Assembly (NCBI RefSeq): GCF_039654945.1
Contig: NW_027361875.1
Location: forward strand, 1 to 64,000
Direction of reading: 5' to 3'
DNA length: 64,000 nucleotides
Origin: Dendrobates tinctorius
Taxonomy: Eukaryota
The notes beneath the pieces are model-generated. The model was not told the origin of the DNA. It was given only the letters and a program-made list of their open reading frames with translations, and ran no database searches. This document shows, piece by piece, positions 54,818 to 64,000 of the stretch (position 1 is the stretch's first letter; each line of letters starts with the position of its first letter). The position numbers were made by a program, and so were the translations under genes.

Positions 54818-56432
54818 CAGTGCCTTGCGAAAGTATTCGGCCCCCTGGAACTTTTCAACCTTTTCCCACATATCATGCTTCAAACATAAAGATACTAAAT
54901 GTAAATTTTTGGTGAAGAATTAACAACAAGTGGAGCACAATTGTGAAGTTTAACGAAATTTATTGGTTATTTTAACTTTTTGTGGAAATTCAAAAACTGA
55001 AAAGTGGGGCGTGCAATATTATTCGTCCCCTTTCAGTGCAGCAAACTCACTCCAGAAGTTCATTGTGGATCTCTGAATGATCCATTGTTGTCCTAAATGA
55101 CTAATGATGATAAATATAATCCACCTGTGTGTAATCAAGTCTCCGTATAAATGCACCTGCTCTGTGATAGTCTCAGGGTTCTGTTTGAAGCATAGAGAGC
55201 ATCATGAAGACCAAGGAACACAACAGGCAGGTCCGTGATACTGTTGTGGAGAAGTTTAAAGCTAAATTTGGCTACAAAATGACTTCCAAAACTTTAAACA
55301 TCCCAAGGAGCACTGTGCAAGCAATCATATTGAAATGGAGTATCATACCACTGCAAATCTACCAAGACCTGGCCATCCCTCTAAACTTTCATCTCAAACA
55401 AAGAGAAGACTGATCAGAGACGCAGCCAAGAGGCCCATGATCACTCTGGATGAACTACAGAGATCTACAGCTGAGGTGGGACAGTCTGTCCATAGGACAA
55501 CAGTCGTACACTGCACAAATCTGGCCTTCATGGAAGAGTGGCAAGAAGAAAGCCATTTCTCAAAGATAGCCATAAAAAGTGTTGTTTAAAGTTTGCAACA
55601 AGCCACCTGGGAGACACACCAAACATGTGGAAGTAGGTGCTCTGGTCAGAAGAAACCAAAATCGAACTTTTTGACAACAATGCCAAACGATATGTTTGGC
55701 GTAAAGGCAACACAGCTCATCACCCTGAACACACAAACCCCACTGTCAAACATGGTGGTGGCAGCATCATGGTTTGGAGCTGCTTTTCTTCAGCAGGGAC
55801 AGGGAAGATGGTTAAAATTGATGGGAAGATGGATGGAGCCAAATACAGGACCATTCTTGAAGAAAACCTGTTGGAGTCTGCAAAAGGCCTGAGACTGGGA
55901 TAGAGATTTGTTTTCCAACAAGGCAATGATCCCAAACATAAAGCAAAATCTACAATGGAATAGTTCACAAATAAACATATCCAGGTGTTAGAATGGCCAA
56001 GTCAAAGTCCAGACCTGAATCCAATCGAGAATCTGTGGAATGAGCTGAAAACAGCTGTTCACAAACGATCTCCATCAAACCTCACTGAGCTCGAGCTGTT
56101 TGCCAAGGAAGAATGGGCAAGAATTTCAGTCTCTCGATGTTCAAAACTGATAGAGACATACCCCAAGCGACTTGTAGCTGTAATCGTCGCAAAAGGTGGT
56201 GGAACAAAGTATTAAGTTCAAGGTGCCGAATAATATTGCACGCCCCACTTTTCAGTTTTTGAATTTCCACAAAAAGTTAAAATAACCAATAAATTTTGTT
56301 CAACTTCACAATTGTGTCCCACTTGTTGTTGATTCTTCACCAAAAATTTACATTTTGTATCTTTGTTTGAAGCATGATATGTGGGAAAAAATTGAAAAGT
56401 TTCAGGGGGCCGAATACTTTCGCAAGGCACTT
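54818..56432 (+). mobile_element. Complete Tc1 (Passport-like) element, transposase disrupted
   Basis: TA-CAGTGCCTTGCGAAAGTATTCGG, about 210-bp TIRs. MKTKEHNRQVRD through [15 protein letters not shown], with stops and frameshifts. Confidence 0.93.
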
Positions 56433-57023
56433 TACATAGCCAGACACCAGCTCAGCATTGTTCCTGAAGAATGATAGTCTGTTCTTCCTGGGCAATGGTC
56501 TCCAGGTCTTGGGTGGTCAAGAGAGCAGTCCAAAACATTAAGAGAAGTGATCATTTTGTTGCACAAACAAGGAAAAGTGTACAAAAAAGACAGCAAAGGC
56601 ATTAATGTTCCTAAATATACAGCTGGAAGCAGATTTTTCAAGTTAAAGGAAAACTGGAGGAAGCCATCACCGGCTGCCATCAGATTCCTGAGGAGGTAGG
56701 TGGTCAAGGGTTTTTGACAGCCTGCCTCGCAATCAAAAACCCTTGAGGGACTGCAAAAGACCCGCATCAAGATTTGGTAAAAGCAGGCAATGAAATTTTA
56801 GTATGGATGCTTACTAAATGCTGAAGGTCTCCATGCCCGAACCCTAACAAGTTCACCCCTACTAACCCAAAAGCACATAAAAAATGTTTATGCTTAAAAC
56901 CACAAATTACAGGAGTTTTGTGATTCTGTTACGTGGAACAAAGAATCACAACAAAAATTTGGGCCTATAGATCAACTGTTTGTCTGGAGAGGAAAGAATG
57001 AAAATACAGTAAAAAAAACCCTG

Positions 57024-57293
57024 TCTACAGTGAAGCATTGTGATGGCTCTATGATGACTACAATGAAGATGAAGCATGGAGGTGGTTCAGTGATGCCTAC
57101 AGTGAAGCATAGAGGTATCTCGGTGATGCCTACAGTGAAGCATGGAGGTGGTTTGGTGATGCATATGGTGAAGCATAATGGTGGCTAGATGATGCCTACA
57201 GTGAAGCATGGCAATGACTCGATGATGCCTATAGTGATGCATGCTGGTGGCTCTTTGGTAAATATAGTGAAGCATGGCAGTGGCTTGGTGACA
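57024..57293 (+). repeat. 8 x 33-bp minisatellite derived from Tc1 transposase codons ([11 protein letters not shown])
   Basis: Tandem CCTACAGTGAAGCATGGAGGTGG...GTGATG units, followed by FWGC. Confidence 0.85.
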
Positions 57294-58778
57294 TTCTGGG
57301 GCTGTTTATCTTTTTCTAGCATTGAAAACTTGCAGTGTTCAGATGGTAAGAAGAATTTAATCAAGTATCAAGAAATATGACAATACTACCAGGCATACCT
57401 CAAAGTCCACAAAGGCTTGGTTTCAGAAGTCCTGAAAGATTCTGGAGAGTCACATTTACCTGACCCAACACCCATAGTACGGTAAACCTTTGGTTGGATT
57501 TCAAGAAGGAACACAGCTCCTTCATCCAATAGTGAACTAGAAGCCATTCCCCATCTGGAATGGGCTAATATATTCCTCAGGAATACTGTCAGAAGCTTGT
57601 GGTTGGCTATACATCACATTTGCAGCAGGTCATAGCAGCCAATGCGTTCTAAACTAAGAATGTTTTTGATGAAGAGGTTGATTAATTCTGAGCCTTCGGT
57701 TGTCATTAATAGTGGTATTTTGTGTTACAGTTGGAGAAACCATTTATTAGATTAGTTGTGATGAGCTATTTAAATTGTTCTTGCTTGTTTGTTTTTGTAA
57801 CCAGCAAAAAGTTTGCAAAATGTACCAATAAACCTAATTTGCAATGGGTGTTGGATAATTTTGATTACAACTTCTCAAAAGCCTCTTGCTATCTGTTGCA
57901 TGATGTGAGATTGGAAGAAGGTGGGATAAATCTATGCTGCAAGTAGTACGAGATGTTGATGAGACCGAGGAGGTTTGAATGCGGTTTTTATCAACACGTT
58001 TCGAAGCATGCTGCTTCCTCTGAAGATAGATATTATCCACGAAAAATCGTGATATGAAGTATATCCAAGTGATAATTAGCAACATTAGTGATATTCCCAG
58101 CTTTAAAAACAGAATAATTTTCTTATACAGAAGATTGGAGCACTAATAACAAGTTGTACGTGCAACATTTGCATAATCCTTGAGATATTGGTATCAATGA
58201 AATCCATAAAGTAGCATTTATTTCCAGATATACAAGCACTTCCTTCCATACAGTCTGAAGCTCAGTGGGTGTTCTCTATAAAAATAGTAAGGTAACTGTT
58301 TTCCATCATAATATTCAAAAGTGACTCTCACACTGATAGCTCTGCTCACTATTCTACAGAAATGTCTGAGCTAGAAGACCACGACAGCTGAAGGTTCCTG
58401 GAAATGGTACAATATAATCCCAGGGAGTCTGACGGCTGCTTAGATACTCGTGCTGATATCAAGTCTACATTCTGCTTACTAAGGCTCCTTTTCATCATTT
58501 CATACTAAAAGAAAATACCTATGTGAACTCAGGTTATTTTTTATTAAATAAATATATAAAAGGAGAAAAAAGTAGTTAATAGAATGACAAACTATTAACA
58601 TATAGTATGACACTGCAAAGAAAAATCTACATCAAATTTTATTATTTTTATTATTATATTTATTTATATAGCACCATTAATTCCATGGTTCTGTACATGA
58701 GAAGGGGGGGTTACATACAAATGTCTAGTTATTTCTTCAAATGTCTTAATAGAGTAGTATCTTAAGTGTTTACCTTGA

Positions 58779-59110
58779 AGGGGTTGTCCAGGCTTGCAAA
58801 TCAAGACTACAGTCTTGTGAATCCTCAGTGTGCACAGTGCGCTCTGTTAGAATGTGCTGGCACAAAGAGCGGGCAGTCACGTGACTGCAAATATGCGATT
58901 TGCATCTTTCTGGCTACAGTGTGACTAAACATGTCCAGCCTCGCTCCATTCACTTCCATTGAGGAAACCTGTGCACAGCTAGCCAGCATGTGACTGCAGA
59001 ATCTGGATAATCATGACAGTTCGCACTGTTCACGCTGTGTGGATTTTCATTCGGCAGACACATAGAATGACTGCAGCCTTGAACCCCCAAGCTTGGATTG
59101 GACAATCCTC
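58779..59110. mobile_element. Decayed T2-like MITE
   Basis: AGGGGTTGTCCA...TGGACAATCCT ends. Confidence 0.5.
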
Positions 59111-59790
59111 CCTCTCACTTCTGACTGCAGCTTTATCCCCCTCCTCCCTCTCCCTTCTGATTGAAGTTGTATCCCCCTCCTCCCTCTCTCTTCTGACTGC
59201 AGCTTTATCCCCCCTCCCTCCTCCTTCTGACTGCAGCTTTATCCCCCCTCCCTCCTCCTTCTGACTGCAGCTTTATCTGCCTCCTCCCACTCCCTTCTGA
59301 CTGCAACTTTATCCCATCCTGCGTCTGACTGCAGCTTTATCCCCCTCCCTCTTCCTTCTGGCTGCAGCTTTATCGTTTTATTCCACTCCTCCCTCTCCCT
59401 TCTGACTGCACAGCCTTATCCCCCTCCTCCTTCTTCCAACTGCAGCTTTATCCCCCTCCTCCCTCTCCCTTCTGACTGCAGCTTTATCCCCCCTCCCTCC
59501 TCCTTCTGACCGCAGCTTTATCTGCCTCCTCCCTCTCCCTTCTCACAGCAACTTTATCACACTCTCTTCCTTCTGACTGCAGCTTTATCCCCCTCCCTTC
59601 TGACTGCAGCTTTATCCCCCTCCCTTCTGACTGCAGCTTTATCCCCCTCCCTTCTGACTGCAGCTTTATCCCTCTCCCTTCTGACTGCAGCTTTATCCCT
59701 CTCCCTTGTGACTGCAGCTTTATCCCCCTCCCTTCTGACTGCAGCTTTATCCCCCTCCCTTCTGACTGCAGCTTTAGCCTCCTCTCTTTC
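59110..59790. repeat. 27-37 bp pyrimidine-rich minisatellite (CTGACTGCAGCTTTATCCCCCTCCCTT)
   Basis: About 20 tandem units; the homogeneous 27-mers lie at 59570-59775. Confidence 0.9.
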
Positions 59791-61190
59791 TTCCTTGTAT
59801 CTTCTGATACTTTATTACTGCAGAAAAAACTTCTTGAGTTTTCTGAATATACATTCAATCTGTCTAACTGTATGGTAATGAAAACCTACAGAAGTTCATA
59901 TATTCACCTGAACTACTGATGTATGCAAAACCAAGAACCATAACTGTATCGTTTTGTTCCTGTCACACGGCACAATGAGGTTCCCTTCTCCTACCTCACT
60001 GCCATTTTAGACAGGTCTTTTAATAGATATTTATATCGCTTCCAAACCTGCAGTAGTTATTTACAGCTCAGAAAAGATTTTTTATGGTTTCTATTAAAGG
60101 CTTCTAAGAAACCTTGTAGACTAGTCTTGTAAAATCCGGTATGTTGCAGGTTACAATTACTAAATATATATATAAATTCTTCAAGGCCTAAATGTTTCTA
60201 AAGAGAAAAGGATGAGTGCTACGTTAATTGCGGCAAGCAGACCAACCTATGAGAACCCGGTAATATCTGCCAGGGCGTAATTATGTCTTATGCATTAAGA
60301 GCTTGAAAAAAAACCCCATAAGATTAAATTACAACTATTCCTAGTAATTAGACATCCCCCAAGTGATTCACATAACATCAGGAAAAATACGTTATCCTTC
60401 TGATTGAAATTCAAAAGGAAACTTAGAAGAAAAACCTAGAAACCCTCATTCATTTTGATTCCGTTTCCCCATCTGGTTGTGGATTATTATATGTTCTGCT
60501 CATCAGTTAGTGAGACATCCATCATGTTCAGCCATGTATAGGTAGAATATGCCCCCTCTTAAGTCGGAGCTTGTCAAGGCAGAAAATGTTAATCTTTCCT
60601 TATAATTTGTCAATTTAGTAACCTTCATTGCTTCCTTTCTAGTTCTAGGGCATATTGTTGTGACATGATGCCCAGGACAGGATTGCAAGGTTAAGTTTAA
60701 TATTCGCTTATGTTTTACGTGAAAAGATTATGACTGACGAACAAGTTACAAAAAAACAAGAACACATTTATATGAAACCACAGAACGGAAAGGTTCGCAT
60801 ACTAGCTTTTCAGCAGCATGTAAAACCTAGAATACTATGGCTCTGTTCACATTTGCGTTGTTATTACAATATTTTTAGTTAACTATCAAAACAGAAATAA
60901 GAAAATGATGGAAGAACCTGGATTCTCTGCAGAATGAGCGCCAGCTGTGGCAGATGTACCCCCGCTGACTATAATGGGGTCAATCTGGTTTTACCGGACA
61001 AAGCCTCTCTATTTAATGGAGTATTTTTGGCTCCGATCTGAGCAGAGTCTCTCATTCATGAGGCTGGTGGTCAGCAGTACATTTGTATGAGCATAAGGGC
61101 TCAAGCTGTTACATGTAGTGCACCATACCGGCTTGTAGCCTAGCAGTGATCCTTCCATACTAGAACTTCAGACTGGCTTCCTAGAAGTTA

Positions 61191-61420
61191 GGGCAGTATG
61201 GTGGCTCAGTGGTTAGCACTGTTGCTTTGCAGCGCTGGTGTCCTGGGCTCAAATCCCACCAAGGACATCTGCAAGGAGTTTGTATGTTCTCCCCGTGTTT
61301 GTGTGGGTTTCCTCTCTTATGCTAAAAATATGCTGATATGAAATCTAGATTGTGAGACCCATTGGGGACAGTGATGATGATGTCTGTAAAGCGCTGTGGA
61401 ATTAATGGCAATATATAATT
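61191..61420 (+). mobile_element. tRNA-derived SINE (V-SINE-like) with L2-type tail
   Basis: A box TGGCTCAGTGG, B box GGCTCAAATCC, core GGAGTTTGTATGTTCTCCCCGTG, tail TGTAAAGCGCTGTGGAATTAATGGC. Confidence 0.85.
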
Positions 61421-62467
61421 AACATACGTTACTAAATGTTCTACTGAAGAGATTCTTTTCAGTAGTGGAGCTAAAGTGTCACCAGACTAGAGTGACTCCT
61501 GTAAAAATGATAAGCATGAGGTATTAGTTGATATTCTTGGCCAACATTTGAAAGCCTTCAACCCGTGACAATGTTTCTGCAAGACAGTACAATTATTGCA
61601 AGTAGATCGCTATCGCGTTTCATGAGTAAGGACTCATGTATTAGGAGGATAAGAGTACTAATCTGCGCTGCTGTGCTAGATTCCAGAAATCCAGAGGACG
61701 CAGTTTGTGGTTCTTCTAAAAAAAATTTGGTTCAACTTCAAAACGCATTGAGAATAAACCACATGATCTGATCCCTTACTACGTCCTCCGGATTTCTGGA
61801 ACCTAGTACCGACTACTATTCCTATCCTCCTACCACTTGTTCTACATGGCAGGATCTCCCGTCCTGAGGGTACTTGATTACTCAGTTGTGGGTTAAACAA
61901 CCCCAAAAGCTGAGCATTTCCTATACCTCTCACCTAGACCAGTTTCTCCAGCTTATAAGACCCTATTGCGTTTGATGTCCTCTCCTCTTTATAGTAAGGA
62001 CTTAGAACGTCTGAAATGTGTCAGCGTTTGCTTTAATGTTGCAAGAAGACAAAAAAGGATGGAGTGTTTTTAGCAAAAGAAAGCGAGACAGCACTTTTTT
62101 TTCACTTTAAGCAGAGACACTAACCTTTATCAAACTCCCCAAACTTTAAATTGGCACGCATCTTTTCAGCATGCCATAAATGACACAGCTTCAATTGTTT
62201 GACTGTTCTTCGTTAGGATTGGCTAAAATTAAGAAAGACTTAAAAAATTAATTTCCACAAAACCAATATATTAGTGAGTCAGGAGGAGAGGCAGTTGTCA
62301 GTTTGTTAATGATTATCAGGCCTCGTTTATCAAAACGGTCTAGTAGAAACGTTGGTTTTGTTGCCTGTAGCAAACATCTAGAGCCCAGCTTTATTTCTTA
62401 CACCGAGATGGGAAGGAAGTTACACTATCTTAGTTGCAACGGGAAGCAACCCCAGTTTAACTGTTGA

Positions 62468-62937
62468 GCCCCCTTCACACGTCTGTATAAAACATTTATT
62501 TTACTCATTTATATAGCGCCATTAATTCCAGAGCACTTTACAAACATTATTGGCACTGTCCCCATTGGGGCTCACAATCTAGAATGTGAAAAACCGATAC
62601 CGATTTTATCAGTGTTCCATGTGTGTTCTTCTGGTATAGATAAAGAAAGAATGAAATTGCACAGTTTCTCCTATACCTTGCAATGTTAAACACGGAAGGC
62701 ACACGGATTCCATCTGTGTGTGTTCTTCACGGACCCCTAGACTTGTATTGGCCATTGTAATCCGTGCTGCCTTAAGAAAATAGGCATGTCTACATGTGAT
62801 CCACACAGACACTCGGTAAATTAAAAGAGATGGACATGTGAAGATCACCATAGGTTATAATGGATACAAGTTTAATCCATGAAAAAAATGGATACCACAA
62901 ATACCGTAAACACGTACCGTACATATGAAGGGGGCCT
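62468..62937. mobile_element. Harbinger-type MITE containing a minus-strand SINE tail (62495-62582)
   Basis: GCCCCCTTCACA / TATGAAGGGGGC ends. The inserted tail is the reverse complement of about 61345-61415. Confidence 0.6.
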
Positions 62938-62981
62938 TAGACTGTATGGGGGACACTTATGCTACCATGTAGTCAGATATA

Positions 62982-64000
62982 CAATTGCAGTCAAAGCTAT
63001 TCAACCCTCATTGCAAATTAGGTTTATTAGCAAAATTTACAAGCTTTTTGCTGTGTGCAATAAGCCAATGCAATAAGTACAATTTAAATCGCTCAGCACA
63101 ACTAATATAACAAGTGGTTTCTACAAATTCAATAGATAAAGCTATTTTTAATGACTGCTGCAGTCTCAGAATTATTAAACTCCTTCAGGACAAGCGTCTT
63201 TAGTACTTAGTAAAGCCCCTTTAGCTCTCTTGATGCACAACCAGACACCAGCTTCTGGCAACCATCCTGAGGAATCTTAGCCCATTTATCTTGGCAATGG
63301 CCTCTAGTTCTCTAATATTGTAGGATTTTCATGTTGCAATTGACTTCATCAAATTACAAAGATATTTTTTTTTTATAGGGTTCAAGTCAGGACACTATTG
63401 CGGACACTCCAGAATATTCCAGGACTTCTGAAACAAAAGACTTTAAAGTTATGTATGAATCATTGTCCTGTGGGAAGGTCCAATGATGCCCAAGCTTCAG
63501 GTTCCTCAGAAAAGTTGTGATATTTTCTCCTCAGATTTCCTGATACTTGATTGAATCCTTTTTGCCCTCCGCACACTGCAAGTTTCCAGTGTCAGAAAAA
63601 GCAAAGCACCTTGAGATCATCACCAAGCTACTGCCATGCCTCATTGTAAGCACCATGGAGCCACCACCATGCTTCCCTTTAGGGAGGTGTTCTTTCAGTG
63701 TATGTTTCATTCTTCTCCCTCCAGACATACCACTGACCCATGGGCCAAAAAGTTTGTTTTGTTTTATCACACCACATAAGAGCAACCAAAATTTTTGTGG
63801 CTGACTTCTCTTGTGCTTTTAGGTCTGTGGAGGTGTATATGTTAGAGTGTGCACATAGCCTCTTCAGAGAAGACGACATACTCTACTTCTGTAATATGGC
63901 ACCATGTAACATTCGCCTTCATGCACAACTTTTCTAATTTGTAAGTTCTACTCCAAGGGTTGATTTTTATAGTAAAGTGTCTTATGGATATTTGTGTGAT
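62982..64000 (-). mobile_element. Decayed Tc1 element, 3' part, runs off the window
   Basis: TA-CAATTGCAGTC end; KHGGGSMVL and SIKYQEI peptides. Confidence 0.8.

Larger units (their letters stand above)
54549..57872 (+). mobile_element. Old Tc1 element (family of 62982-64000) with both ends derived from the 3' end; hosts a younger Tc1
   Basis: Terminal AAATTAGGTTTATT / AATAAACCTAATTT. Decayed plus-strand transposase at 56540-57660. The left end is complementary to 57570-57870. Confidence 0.7.

Noticed and set aside
59484-59858. ORF with repeated GIKLQSEGR
   Set aside because: A 27-bp minisatellite without stops; no gene context.
61191-61262. Possible tRNA gene
   Set aside because: Degenerate tRNA-like head continuing into SINE core and L2 tail.

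Overview
Repeat-dense eukaryotic non-coding DNA, most likely from an anuran amphibian. That assignment is inferred from the mix of T2/Kolobok-like TTAA MITEs, CR1 and L2 LINEs, a V-SINE, a Penelope-like remnant and many Tc1 families. I find no host protein-coding gene, and every ORF I can recognise is transposon-derived. The window holds two Gypsy (Tf1/sushi-type) remnants, two solo LTRs, a complete two-gene PIF/Harbinger element, a young 5'-truncated CR1, about eleven Tc1/mariner copies (DD34E, plus one DD37E), a non-autonomous Helitron, hAT/Harbinger/T2 MITEs and several minisatellites. Unique homeodomain-motif-rich stretches between the repeats may be conserved non-coding elements. The most unusual structure is a 1.6-kb palindromic Tc1 built from two inverted 5' halves, each encoding only the DNA-binding domain (50239-51852). 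Other highlights are a tRNA-independent self-priming signature in the first LTR, a minimal hammerhead ribozyme at the apex of a Penelope-like hairpin, and a second end-swapped Tc1 carrying an 8x33-bp minisatellite born from its own coding sequence. There is also a Tc1 one base away from intact, and a Tc1 sitting on a probable excision footprint. None of this proves a new biological system; these are testable candidates.
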